DNA from: the human T2T-CHM13v2.0 reference genome, Homo sapiens
DNA length: 64,000 nt
Assembly: GCF_009914755.1 (NCBI RefSeq)
Contig: NC_060947.1
Direction: 5' to 3' (one strand)
In this document: positions 50,367-64,000 of the stretch, piece by piece
Position numbering within the stretch: position 1 is the first letter of the stretch
Layout of the letters: each line of letters opens with the position of its first letter
The notes under the pieces: model-generated
The model's database searches: none
What the model saw: only the letters and a program-made list of their open reading frames with translations
What the model was told of the DNA's origin: nothing
Translations under genes and position numbers: made by a program

Positions 50367-53300
50367 GGGAGGTGGGGACAGAGAAAGGTGGCCGAATTAG
50401 AAGCCTCCACTGATCATTCCCCATGCAGGAACACCGAATTATTTAACAACTATCTACACCAAAAAGCACCTGCATAATAACCAAAAATCAGGTGAGCAAT
50501 TACAGTACCTGATTTTAACTTCGTATCAGTGAAAGAGGCACTGAAGTGGGTCAGAAAGACAGTCTTGAGGTGCCAATGCCACCCCTCACCCATCAACCAG
50601 TAACAGCTGCATGGCGCAGGTAAAGAATCTGTGTGCTAGGAGGAGGGAGGGAGAACATAGTGACTGTGGGAGTTTGCATTGGAACTCAGCGCTGCCCTAT
50701 CAGAGCAGAAAGCAAAAACAGGCTGAACTCATTGATGCCCATGGAGGAGCATTTAGAAAAGCCCTAGCCAGAAGGGAATTGCCCATCCCAGGGATGAGAA
50801 CTTGAATTTTGGCAAGCCTTGTCACCATGGGCTAGGGTGCTACAGGGTCATAAATAAATGTGAAAGGCAGTCTGGGTCACAGAGATTAAAACTCCTAGGC
50901 CAGGTAGTGGTTACAGCAGGCACTGGACGAGACCCAGTGCTGTATCACCTTCAGTTCTGACCCAGGACAGTTCCAGTGGTGGTGGCCACAATGGTGCTTG
51001 TGTCACCCCTCCCCTAGCTCCAGGTGGCTCAGCAAAGAGAGAGAGAGAGATCCCTTCGGTTTGGGAGAAAGTAAGGGAAGAGAACAAGAGTCTGTGCCTG
51101 ATAATCCAGCACTCCTAGTCCTGTGCTGGGCTAGGAACCAGTGGACTTGGGAGGCATGTGACCTAGTGAGACACCAGGTGGGGCAGCTAAGGGAGTGCTT
51201 CTGCCATCCCTCCTCCAAAACCAAGCAAAGCAGTTTCCAGCAACATAAGTGATTCCTTCCTTCTGAAAATTAACAGAGAGGGAGAAGTAAAAAGGAATTT
51301 GTCTTATAGCTCAGTTATCAGCTCAGGCACAGTAAGATAGGGCACCTGGTAGTGTTATCAGGCCCCAGTTCCAGGTCTTAGCTCCCAGATGACATTTCTA
51401 GAAACACCCTGGGGCAGAAGGGAATCTGCCACCTTCAAGGGAAGTATCCAGTCCTGACAAGATTCATCATCTGCTGACTAAAGAGCCATTGGTTCGTGAA
51501 TAATCAGTAGTGATACCCAGGTAGCAAATCATTGGCCTTGGGTGAGACTCTGATACTTATTGGTTTCAGGTGAGACTCAGCACATTCCTAGATGTGGTGA
51601 CTATAGTAAGAGATTAGTTCTGCTTGAGAAAAGCAGAGGACAAAGTAAAGGGGACTTTGTCTTGCACCTTAGGTCCCAGCTCAGCCACAGAAAGCTAGAG
51701 CAAAAAACAAGATCTTGAGGTCCCTGATTCCAGGCTTTGGCCCTTAGATGACATCTCTGGAACTATCCCGGGCCAGAGGGGAATGCACTGCCCTGAAGGT
51801 TGAGTCCCAGGCCTGGCAATATTCACCATAAGCTGATTGAAGAGCCATTGGGCCTCAAGGGATTATTGGAGGTAGTCTGGCAGTACTCCCTATGAGTCTG
51901 TGGTGGTGGTGGCCATGGGGAGAGGGTCCTTTGCCTAGAGAAAGGGGAAGGAGGAGTGGGAAGGACATTATTTTGTGGTTTGAGTGCCAGCATAGCCATA
52001 GTAGAATAGAACACCAGGTAGGTTTATACATGGTTGTTTACTCCAGACCCTGCCTCCCTGAAGGCATCTCTGGACAAATCCATGGCCTGGGGGAACTCAC
52101 TGCCCTAAAGGGCAGGAAAAAAGCAAAACTGGCTTTTTAACACCTGCTGATTGTAGAGCTCTTGGGCTTTGAGTAAACATAGGCACTAGTCAGCTAGTGG
52201 TTACACCCGGCCTGGGCCAAGACACAGTGCTATACCAGTTCTGAATCAGGGACAGTCCCAGTGGTGGTGGCCACCAGGGTGCTTCTGTCACCCCTTCCCC
52301 AGCTCCAGGTGGCTCAGCGAAGAGATAGAGATTCTATCTGGGAGAATGTAATAAAAAAAAAATCTGTGCCTGGTAATCCAAAGAGTTATTCCAGATCTTA
52401 TTCAAGACCACCAAGGTGGTACCTCTACAGGTCTGCAGGAACCACAGTGTTACTGGGCTTGGGATGCCCCATAATGCAGATATGGCTAAGATTACAATAC
52501 CCAAGACCCTTCCAATACCTGGAAAGCCTTCCTAAGACAAACAGGTACAAAACAGCCCAGACTGTGAAGTCTAAAATAAATACCTAAGTGTGCACTGCTC
52601 AGGTGACAGGCACACCAAAATTTCAGAAATCACCACTAAAGAACTTATGCATATAACCAAAAACCACCTGTTCTCCGAAAACTATTTAAATAAAATAAAA
52701 TAAAATTTAAAATAAAATAAATTCCTAACTCTTCAATGCCCAGACACCAACAAAAATCTGCAGGCATTAAGACCATGCAGGAAAATATGTCCTCATTAAA
52801 CAAACTAAGGCACCAGGGACCAATCCTGGAGAAACAGAGATATGTTAATTTTCAGACAGAGAATTCAAAATAGCTGTTTTGAGGAAACACAAAGAAATTC
52901 AAGATAATACAGAGAAGGAATTCAGAATCCTATCAGATCAATTTAACAAAGATTGAAATATTTTAAAAGCAGCAAGCAGAAATTCTGGAATTGAAAAATG
53001 CAATTAACATAGCAAAGAATACATTAGTGTCTCTTAATAGAATAACTCATCAAGCAGAAGAAACAATTGGTGACCTTGAAAACAGGCTACTTGAAAATAC
53101 ACAGAGGAGACAAAAGAAAATGACCGGGAAAGAATGAAGCATGCCTAGAAGATCTAGAAAATAACCTTAAAAGAGCAAATCTAAGAGTTATTGGCCTTAA
53201 AGATGAGGTAGAGAAAGAGATGGGATAGATAGGTTATTCAAATGAATAATAACAAAGACTTCCCAAAGCTAGAGAAAGATATCAATATTCAAGTACAAGA

Positions 53301-54665
53301 AGGTTACAGAACACCAAGCAGATTTAACCCAAAGAAGACTACCTCAAGGCATTTGATAATCAAACTCCAAGAGATCAAGGATAAAGGAAGGATCCCAAAA
53401 GCAGCAAGAGAAAAGAAACAAATAACATACAATGGAGCTCCAGTATTCCTGGCAGCAGACTTCCCAGTGGAAACTTTAAAGGTGAGGAGAGTGGCATGAT
53501 ACATTTAAAGTGCTGAAGGAAAAAAACTTTTAGATTAGTATATCCAGAGAAAATATCATTCAAACATGAAGGAGAAATAAAGACTTTTCAGACAAACAAA
53601 AACTAAGGTATTTCATCAATATTAGACCTATCCTACAAGAAATGCTAAAGGGAGTTCTTTAATCAGAAAGAAAAAGATGTTAATAAGGAATAAGAAATCA
53701 CCTGAAGGTACAAAACTCACTGGTAACAGTAAGTACACAGAAAAACACGGAATATTATAACACTGTGTTTGTGGTGTGTAAACTACTCTTAAGTAGAAAC
53801 AGTAAAAGCTGAGCCAATAAAAATAATAAGTACAAAAACCTTTCAAGACATAGCACAATAAGATATAAATATTAACAGCAAAAAGTTAAAAAGTAGGGCA
53901 ATGAAGTTAAAGTGTAGAGTTTGTATCAGTTCACTTTTGGCTTGTTTCTTTGTTTATGTAATTAGTGTTAACTTGTCATCAGTTTAAAATAATGAGTTTA
54001 AAATAAAATAGTATATGCAAGCCTCATGGTAACCTAAAATTAAAAAAATACATAAAATACACAAAAAATAACAAGCTATGATTTGGAAGCAACCTAAGTG
54101 TCCATCAACAGAAGGATGGATAAAGAAATTGTGGCAAATCTACACAATGGAATACTACTCAGCCATAAAAATGAATGAGATCCAGTCATTTTCAACAGCA
54201 TGGATGGAACTACAGGCCATTTGTTAAGTGAAATAAGCCATGCACAGAAAGAGAAACTTCACATGTTCTCAGTTATTTGTGGGACCTAAATTCAAAACAA
54301 TTGAACTCATGGAGATTGAATGTAGAAAAATGGTTACCAGAGGCTGGGAAAGATAGTGGGTGCATGGGGCATAAGAGGGGATAGTTAATGGGTATAAAAG
54401 TAGTTCAAATGAATGAATAAGACCTAGTATTTGATAGCCCAGCAGGGTGACTATAGTCAATAATAATTTAATTGTACATTTTTAAATAACTAAAAGAGTA
54501 TCATTGGATTTTTTGTAACACAGTAAATGCTTGAGGCGATGGATACACTATTTATGCTGATGTGATTATTATACACTGCATGCCTATATAAAAATATTTC
54601 ATATACTCCAGAAATACACATACCAACTATGTAACAACAAAAATTAAAAATAATAATGTTTTTTA
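50367..54665 (+). mobile_element. L1MA2/3-like element with long 5' UTR, ORF1 and 3' UTR but almost no ORF2
   Basis: aaggtggccgaattagaagcc 5' end; ORF1 remnant FPKLEKDINIQVQEGYRTPSRF; jump to the ORF2 tail at about 54075; approximate TSD aaatattttg/aaatatttttg. Confidence 0.88.
52588..52712 (+). mobile_element. Tiny L1PB-like 3' end nested in the L1MA 5' UTR
   Basis: cactgctcaggtga..caccaaaatttcagaaatcaccactaaagaactt; TSD taaaataaat(a/t)cctaa at 52572-52587 and 52713-52728. Confidence 0.88.
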
Positions 54666-55608
54666 AAGTAAATATTTTTGTACAGCTCTACAGTGTGTTT
54701 GTGTTTTAAATTAAGCATTATTACAAAAGAGTCAAAAGTTAAAAAGATTTTAAATGCTTATAAATTAATAAGGTTATAGTAAGCTAAGGTTAATTTATTA
54801 TGAAGAATAAAAAATATCTTTTATAAATTTAGTGTAGCCTAATTGTACAATGTTTATAAAGTCTAGGTAGTGTACAGTAATATCCTAGGCCTTCATATTC
54901 ACTCACTACTCACTGACTCACCCAGAGCAACTTCCAGTCCTGCAAGCTCCATTTATGGTCAGTGTACCATACAGGTACACCATTTTGTATCTTTTATACT
55001 GTTAGCATACCCTTAGGTAGTACAGTTTGAATATATTAACCTAATATATTTTTACTGTACTATTTAATGTTTAGATATATTTGATACACAAATACTTAGC
55101 ATTGTGTTACAATTGCCTATAGTATTCAGTACAGCAATAGGCTGTGCAGGTTTGTACCCTAGTTTTGTAGTAGGCTATACCATTTAGGTTTGTGTAAGTA
55201 TACTCTATTATGTTTGCACAACAAGGAAATTGCCTAACAATGCATTTCACAGAACGCATCCCTTCATTAAACAACAAATGACTGTATTAGAAATTAGAAA
55301 AGGTAGAAAATCAATTAATCCAAATTCCTACTGCAAAAAAAAAAACTAGAAAAAAAGAGCAAACTAAACGCAAAGCAAGCAGAAGGAATTAAATAATAAA
55401 GAGCAAAAATTAATGAAATTGAAAATATTAAACAATAGAGAAAATCAATAAAATAAAAAGCTTGTTCTTTGGGAAAAAAATCAATAAAATAAGCTCTGGC
55501 AAGACAGACAAAATTTTTAAAAGAGGACACAATCACCAATATTAGGAATGAAACAGGATCTCACTAGAGAATTTGAAGCCATCAGAATGATAAAAAGGAA
55601 ATAATAGG

Positions 55609-58600
55609 GTTATGAATTGAATTGTTTCTCCCCACTAAAAGACATGTCTAAGTCCTAACCCCTAGTACCTCAAGATGGTACCTTATTTGGAAATAGGGTA
55701 TTTATACTGGTAGTCAAGTTAGAATGAGGCCTTTAGAGTTAGCTCTAATCCAATATGACTGGTGTCCTGATAAAAAGGAGAAAATTGGATACAGGGACAG
55801 ACATGTATAGAGAGAAGACAATGTGAAGAGACACAGGGAGAATGCCATGTGAAGATGGAAGCATATATTGGAATTATGCTGCCACAAGCCAAGGAATATC
55901 TAGGGTTACTAGAAACTGAAAGGCATGGAATGATACTTCCCCTATAGGTTCCAGAGGGAGTGTGGCCTGCTGATGCCTTGATTCTGGAATTCTAGCCTCT
56001 AGTAGGAGACAGTAAATATCTGTTTTTCTTTTTTTTTTAATTTCCATTTTTATTTTAGATTCAGGGGGTACATGTGCATGTTTGGTTACAAGAGTATATT
56101 GTGTGGTGCTGAGGTTTGGGCTTCTGTTGATCCTATCATCCATATAGTGAACATAATACCCAATAGGAACTTTTTCAGACTCTGCCCCTCTCCCTTCCTT
56201 CCTCGTTTTAGAGTCTCCAGTGTCTATTCTCATCTTTATGTCCATTTGAAACCACGATTTAGCTCCCACTCATAAGTGAGAACATGTGTTATTTGGTTTT
56301 CGGTGTCTGTGCTAATTTGCTTAGGGTAACTGCCTCCAGCTGCCTCAGTGTTGGTGCAAAGGGCATAATTTCATTCATTTTTATGGCTTCGTTCCATGTT
56401 GTATATGTACCACATTTTTTTTATCTGCTCCACCAAGGATGGGCACTCAAATTGATTCCATGTCTTTGCTATTGTGAATAGTGCTGCCATAAACATACAA
56501 ATGCATGCATCTTTTTGGTAGAATGATTTATTTTCCTTTGGGTATGTACCCAGTAATAGCATTGCTGGGTCAAATGGTCGTTCTGTTTCCAGTTCTTTGA
56601 GAAATCTCCAAAGTGCTTTCCACATGGGCTGAACTAATTTGCATTCCCATCAACAGTGTATGAGCATTCTCTTTTCTCCACAACCTCAACATCTACTATT
56701 TTTTGACTTTTTAATAATAGCCATTCTGACTGGTGTGAGGTGGTATCTCATTATGGTTTTGATTTGCATCTCTCTGATGATTAGTGATGTTGAGCAATTT
56801 TTTTCATGTCTTTGTTGGCCACTTGTATGTCTTCTTTTGAGAAGTGTCTATTCATGTCCTTTGCCCACTTTTAAATTAGGTTATTTATTTTTTTCTTATT
56901 GATTCATTTAAGTTCCTTATAGATTCTGGATATTAGTCCTTTGTCAGATGCATAGTTTGCAAAGATTTTCTTCCATTCTGTGGGTCATCTGTTTGTTTGT
57001 TTGAGAGTTTCTTTTGCTATGCAGTAGCTCTTTAGTTTAAGTTTCAATTGTTTATTTTTTATTTTGTTGCATTTGGTTTTGAAGACTTCATCATGAATCT
57101 TTTGCCTAGGCCAATGTCTAGAAGAGTATTTTATAGGTTTTCTTCTAGAAATTTTATAGCTTGAGGTCTTATATTTAAGCTTTTATTCCATCTTGAATTA
57201 ATTTTTGTATATGGTGAAATATAGGGGTCCGGTTTCATTCTTCTGCATATGATTAGCCAATTTTCCCAGAATCATTTATTGAAAATTGTACCCTTTCCCC
57301 ATTGTTTATTTTTGTTGACTTTGTCAAAAATGAGGTGGTGGTAGGTATGTGGCTTTGTTTCAGGGGTCTTTTTCTGTTTCATTGGTTTACGTGTCTATTT
57401 TTGTACAGTACCATGCTGTTTTAGTTGCCATATCCTTGTAGTATAGTTTGAAGTCAGGTAATATGATACCTCTGGTTTTGTTCTTTTTGCTTAGGATTAG
57501 CTTGTCTATTTGGGCTCTTTTTTGGTTGCATATGAATTTCAGAATAGTTTTTTCCAATTCATTGAAAAATGATGCTACTTTGATAGGAATAGCATCAAAT
57601 CTGTAGATTGCATTGGGTAGTATGGGCATTTTAAAAACATTGATTCTTCCAACTCATGAGCATGGAATGCTTTTCCATCTGTGTCATTTCTGATTTCTTT
57701 GAGCAGTGTTTTGTAGTTCTCCTCATAAAGATCTTTTTCCTTGGTTAGGCATATTCCTAGGCTTTTTATTTTTTGTGTGACTATTGCAAATGGAATGTAT
57801 TCCTGATTTGGTTCTTGGCTAGACCATTATTGGTGTATAGAAATGGTACTTTTTTTTTTTACACTGATTTTGTATTCTGAGACTTTGCTGAAGTCATTTA
57901 CCAGGTCTAAGAGACTGTTGGCAGAATCTTTATGGTGTCCTATGTATAGAATTATACCACCAGCGAAGAAAGATAATTTGACTTCCTCTTTTCCCATTTG
58001 GATGCTTTTTATTTATTTCTCTTGCCTGATTGCTCTGCTCTGGCTGGGACTTCCAGTATTATGTTGAATAGGAGTGGTGAGAGTGAACATCTTTGTCTTG
58101 TTCCAGTTTTTAAAGGGAATGCTTCCAGCTTTTTCCTGTTCAGTATGGTGTTGGCTGTGTGTTTGTTGTAGATGGCTCTTATTATTTTTAGGTATGTTTC
58201 TTTGATGCCTAGTTTGTTGAGGGTTTTTATCATGAAGGAACATTAGATTTTATCAAATGCTATTTCTACATCTATTGAGATGATCAATAAGTTTTTGTTT
58301 TTAATTCTGTTGATGTGGTGAATCACATTTATCGATTTGCATATGTTGAACCATCCTTGCATCCCAGGAATAAAGCCCACTTGTTCATATCTATTTTGAT
58401 ATGCTTCTGGATTCAATTTGCTAGTATTTTGTTAAGGATTCTTGTGTCTATGTTTATCAGCGTTATTGGTCTGTAGTTCTTGTTGTGTCTTTGCCAGATT
58501 TTGGCATCAGGATGATACTGGTTTCATAGAATGAGTTAGGGAGGTGTTCCTCCTTGATATTTTGGAATAGTTTCAGTAGAATTGGTACCAGCTCTTCTTT

Positions 58601-60132
58601 GTATCTCTGCAACAATTCAGCTGTGAATTCATCTGATCCAGGACTTTTTTGGTTGGTAGGTTTTTTTTTTATGACTGATTCAATCTTGATACTCATTATT
58701 GGTCTGTTCAGGATTTCTATTTCTTCCTAGTTCAATCTTAGGAGGTTGAGTGTTTCCAGGAATTTATTCATTTCCTCTAGAAAGAATAATACTTGCTACC
58801 ACACAAAAGCACACACAAGTACTTAGTGCATGGACCCTATAAATCAACTAAATATTCATGACTACACAGCAACTATCTAATAACATTATTACCAGGATAA
58901 TATCTCACATATCAATATTAACCTTGAACAGAAACAGCCTAAATACCCCACTTAAAATTGGATTAAAAAACGAGAACAAGACTCATCCTTCTGCTATCTG
59001 CAAGAGATCCATCTCACAGGTAATGACACCCATGTGTTCAAAGTAAAGAAATGGAGAAAGATCTACTATGAAAAGAGATAACAAAAAAGAGCAGATGTTG
59101 CTATTCTTGTATCAGATAAAATAAACCTTAAACTTACAACAGTTAAAAAAGGACAAAGAAAGGCATTGCATAATGATAAAGGATTCAATTCAACAAGAAG
59201 ATTTAACTATTCTAAAAATATATGCACTCAACATTGGAGCACCCAGATTCATAAAACCATTACTTCTAGACCTAAGAAAATATTAACAGCCACACAATAA
59301 TAGTGGGAGATTTTAACACCTCACTGACAGCATTAGACAGATCATCAAGGCAGAAACTAACAAAGAATTTCTGGACATAAATTCGACACTTGACCACCTG
59401 AGCCATCTGCAGAGTACTCCATCCAACAACCACAGAATGTACATTCTTCACATCCACACACGGAACATACTTGAAGATTGACCACATGCTCAGTCATAAA
59501 GCAACTCTCAATAAATTTAAAAAATCAAAATAATACCAAGTATATTCTTGGACCACAATGAAATAAAAATATAAATCAAACCAAGAGGAACTGTCAAAAC
59601 CACACGAATACATGGAAAGTAAACAATTTATTCCTAAATGGGTAAACACTGAAATTAAGGCAGAAATCAAAACAGTCTTTGAAACAAATGAAAATAAAAA
59701 CACAACATACCAAAACCTCTGGGATATGGCAAAAGTAGTGTTAAGAGGAATGTTTTAGCACTAAACACCTAGATCAAAAACATAGAAAAATCTCAAATTA
59801 ATAAACTAAACTTGCACCTAAAAAGAACTAGAAAAACAACAATAAACTAAATTCAAAGTTATCAGAAGAAATAACTGAAATAAGTGCAGAGCTAAATGAA
59901 ATTGAGGACCAAAAATATATATAAAAATCAATGAAATGAAAAATTGGATCTTTGAAAGTATTAACAAGATTGAGAGACCACTAACAGGATTAGCAAAGAC
60001 AAAGAGGGAGAGAATATAAATAAGTGCAATCAGAAATAACAAAGGTGGTATCACAACTAATCCCACAGAAATTTCTGTTCTAAGTTATCCAGTTTGTAGT
60101 ACTTATTACATGAGCCTTAGGAAATTAATACA
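55609..60132 (+). mobile_element. MLT1B/C-like solo LTR split by an L1 (55609-56024 and 60069-60132)
   Basis: gttatgaattgaattgt..aagtcctaacccctagtacctc..; 3' end ccagtttgtagtactt..ccttaggaaattaataca. Confidence 0.85.
56025..60068 (-). mobile_element. Older L1PA/L1PB with about 1.3-kb 5' inversion (minus 56025-58780, plus 58781-60068)
   Basis: Orientation switch at 58780; approximate TSD aaatatctgtt (56014-56024) and aaatttctgtt (60069-60079). Confidence 0.88.
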
Positions 60133-63100
60133 AATATTAACAACTTTATGCTTATAAATACGACAATTAGAAGGAAAATGGCCACTTTCTACCAAAACTT
60201 AAGCAGGATGAAATAGATAATCTGAATTATCCCATAACTATTAACAAAATTTAATATGTAATTTAAAAGCTCTGAAAAAGAAAACTCTAAGCCTAGATAG
60301 TTGCACAGAAGCATTCTGCAAAACATTAAGGAAGAATTAACACCAATTTTACACAGTCTCTTCTAGATGAAGGCAGAGGAAGGAATACTTCTTAACTCAC
60401 TATATAAAGCCAGTATTACCCTTATACCAAAATAAATAATACAAATAACTATAAAAATTGCAGAAGAACATCTCCCATAAATTTAGATATAAAATTCTCA
60501 AAAAAAATTAACAAATTTAATTTAAAAATGTATTAAAAATTTACATAACATGACCAGGTAGGATTTATTCCAGGTATGTAAGACTGGTTTAACACTTCAA
60601 AATCAATCAAAGTAATCCACTATATAAACAGACTAAAGAAGAGAAGTCATATGATTAAGTCAATTAACATGGAAAAAGTATTTGGAAAAATCCAATAGTC
60701 ATTCATGATTTTTGAAAAACTCTTATCAAGTTAAAAATAGAAGGGCATTGCCCAAACTTGATAAAGAGTATTTATTTTTAAAAAACCCTACAGTTAACGT
60801 CATACTTCATGAAGAAAGACTGAATGTTTTTTTTCCTAAAATTGATAACAATGGGAGAATAGCCATGCACATCACTTTTTTTCAAAATAGTGCTTGAAGT
60901 TAGGGCCACTGTAATAAGTCAAGAAAAGGACATAAATGACATTCAGTTTTTTTAAATGAGAAAATAGAAGTAGTCCTATTTGTAGATGACATGATTATCT
61001 ATGTCAGAGATCATGAGGAGAATAAAAGAAATCATGAGGAATCTCAAAAAAATGCTAAAACTAATAAGTGAGTTTGGCAAGGTCACAGGGCACAATATTA
61101 ACACACAAAAATCAATCTCATTTTTATATACTAAAAATGAACATAAGAAAATCAAAATTAAAAACATGATACAATCTACAATCACTCCCAAGAAAATCGA
61201 ATACTTAGGTATATGTTTACCAAAATATGTACAGGGTATGTATACTGAAGATTTCAAAATGGTGATGAAAATAATCAAAAGCGACCTACATAAATGAAGA
61301 GATATCTCATGCTCGTGTATTAGAGGAGTCAACATTGCAAAGATGTCAAATTTCCCCCAATTTATTAATGTAATTCCTATCAAAAACCCAATAATATTTT
61401 TGTAGATATCAACAATAGTAGTGTTCTAAAATTGGTATGAAAAGGCACAGTCCATAGAATATATAAAACAATCTTGAAAAAGAAGAATAAAATGGGAAGA
61501 ATCACTCTACTCAATATTCAGACTTACTTATAGCTACATAATGAAGACAATGTTGTATGGGCAAAGGGATAGACACATATATCAATGGAACAGAATAGAG
61601 AACTTAGAAAAAGACCCAAAATAATATGTTTAATTTTTGACAAAGGTGTACATGCAAACCAAATCAAAGAAGGAAGAACAGCCTTTTCAATGGATAGTAC
61701 TGAAGCAATTGGACACAAATGGGAAAAAAAAACCCTTGACTTAATTCTCACAAATTATACAAAAAAAACTCAAAATGGATACTGTGCTTAAATGTAAAAC
61801 ATAAAACTACGAAACTTTTAGAAAAAATTATGAGAAAATCTTCAGGTTCTAAAGCTAGGCAAAGAGTTCTTATACTTGATACCAAAAGCACAATGCACAA
61901 AAGAAGAAACTTGATAAATGTTTCCAGAGACTTAGTAAACCACATCACATCTAATACATGAAAGGTAATTCAATATCATTAACTATCAGGGAAATGCAAA
62001 TTGAAACCATAACGCGATATTACTATATACCTATCAGAACAGCTGAAATAAAAATATAGTGACAACATCAAATGCTAGTGAGGATGTGGAGAAAGTAGAT
62101 TACTCGTATTGCTGGTAAAATGGTACAGCCACTCTGGAAAACAGTTTGGCAATTTCTTTTAAAACTAAACATGTGATTACCATATAACACAATTTCACTC
62201 TTGGGCATTTATTTCAGAAAAATAAAACTTTTTTTTCATACTAATACCTGTGCACTACTGTTCATACAAGCTTTATTCATATAGCCAATAACTGAAAACA
62301 TCCCAGAAGTCTTTCAATGGGTGAATGATTAAACAATCTATAGTGTATCCATACAACGTAACACTACTCAGCAATAAAATAGAACAAACTACTGATACAC
62401 AAGACAGCTTGGATACATTCCTAGGGAATTATGCTGAGTGAAAAAAGCCAATCCCCAAAATTTAAATACTATATAATTCCATTATAACATTTTGAAATGA
62501 CAAAATTATAGAAATGGAGAACAGATTAGTGGTTACCAGTGGTCAGGGACCAGGACAGGGATGAGGAGGGAGGGAGGTGGGCAACACAAGGGATTTTTAT
62601 GATGATAGAACTGTTCTATTTCTCAACTTAAGTAGTGGATACATGAGCACATTATATAGAATTCAATACACCCACACCCACACCCACACACACACACAAA
62701 TATAGGTAAAACTGGAAAATTCTTACCTAGATTGGTGGTGGATTGTATCAATGTCAATATCCTTTGTGACATTGTATGACAGGTTTGCAAGATGTTACCA
62801 TTTGGAGAAACCAAGTTAAAGGGTACACTGGCTCTCTCTGTACTATTCTTACAACTGCATGTGAATCTAAACTCACTGAGAACAAGCAGGAAGTAATATA
62901 GGCATTCTTAATTCTCAAACAGGGACCTATATTTTCGTTGGTATATGTCCTTAGCATTTTTAAAAAGCCTCTCATGGTGCCACTTGTATTTTATCAGCAT
63001 CTCCTATATGAAATGAAATGTACATAAGGTTTTGAAGTATTAAAATTTCCAAATAATAATAGCAGAAAGAAAAATATCTTCAAATACCTTGTCAGTAGAA

Positions 63101-63289
63101 AGTAAAGAAGCTAAGGGTCTAAATCAACTGCCCATATTCTTTTGGAAAAAATATCAAACTTTCAATGTATAGATTAGGTAGCAATTTCAAGAGAATTTTT
63201 TTCTTTATATTTTACTTTTTTCCTAGGATAATTTTATTTAGTGATTGAAATTTAGAATAAAAAAGACAAAGAACAAAAGATAAAAGGAG

Positions 63290-63453
63290 GCAGTAGACTC
63301 AGGATCCTGGAGTCTAGTCTCAAATCTGCTACTATCTGTGAGTTTGGGCAGAACTACTCAACCTTTTTGTATCTCGACTTTCTGGTAAAAATAAAAGCAT
63401 TATACCAAACCCCAAGGTTCCTTCCAGTTTGAAAATAGTCTATGATCCTATGA
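63290..63453 (+). mobile_element. MIR3-like SINE
   Basis: ctgtgagtttgggcag..actcaacct..; aaggttccttccagtttgaaaa..ctatgatcctatga terminus. Confidence 0.7.
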
Positions 63454-64000
63454 AATTTAGAATGTTGATGAAGGTATAGTTGATAATGTTTCATCCCATT
63501 CCTTCATTAGACCTAATTTAATGAAGTTCTCCATGGTAACTTCAATTGGCAATCCACGCATTCCCTTCAGCTGTGTAAATGATGCTCCTCATTCCAATAT
63601 GACTGTCCAGGCTTCACTACCAAGTCTCTAAGTGCTAATTAACTTTGAAACTGCTCTCCAATATGGGCTGCATTACAATTCAGAGTAAACTGCTTCTATC
63701 TCCCTCAGATTGTTCTCAATTTGTTTTCAGACACATGGAGTGTCATTTTACTGCTATTCTTAACTGTTTCCTTTGGAGTTCCTCTTTTTCAGTCATTCCA
63801 TTGAATGAAATAATTTTGAAGCAGAGAGAGATTGAAAAAAGTTTTAATCATATAGCAGCTTCAAGACTTCTTAGCTGCTAGTGCTTTGGGGGGGCTCTTG
63901 CCTCACATTCTTCTGTGGCTCAGGTATTATTGTTCTCAAGAGTTACCCTTGGTACAAATTCTCATACTACCTGATCCCCACCCTCTGCTCAAAACCATAA

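Larger units (their letters stand above)
49746..55284 (+). mobile_element. Tigger3/Golem-type non-autonomous DNA transposon split by an L1
   Basis: Inverted termini cagtcat...atgactg flanked by TA on both sides (49744-49745, 55285-55286). Confidence 0.9.
48878..62875 (+). mobile_element. Old L1MB/MC host element in three pieces (48878-49745, 55287-55608, 60133-62875)
   Basis: ORF2 is colinear across the Tigger and MLT insertions; L1MC-like 3' end tacaactgcatgtgaatcta. Confidence 0.8.

Noticed and set aside
63645-63881. 78-aa ORF in unique DNA
   Set aside because: Non-ATG start, no recognisable domain, length expected by chance

Overview
AT-rich primate (probably human) genomic DNA, most of it transposable-element sequence. 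I found no credible host protein-coding gene. The recognisable long ORFs in the track are decayed LINE-1 ORF1/ORF2 pieces, Alu antisense ORFs, MaLR fragments or microsatellite artefacts. The window is a layered insertion record: old L2/L3/MIR/L1ME, then L1MA-MC, Tigger3 and MLT/MST/THE1 LTR elements, then L1PB/L1PA and Alu. Many insertions keep readable target-site duplications (TSDs). Highlights: a full-length U6 snRNA fused to a 2.8-kb L1 inside one TSD; three 5'-inverted (twin-primed) L1s; two neighbouring L1PA copies sharing many apparently non-consensus variants; an L1MA with both ends but almost no ORF2; possible micro 3' transductions; and two hairpin-forming inverted repeats inside LTRs. 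Subfamily names come from remembered consensus sequences and need RepeatMasker/Dfam confirmation. I do not see a wholly new biological system.
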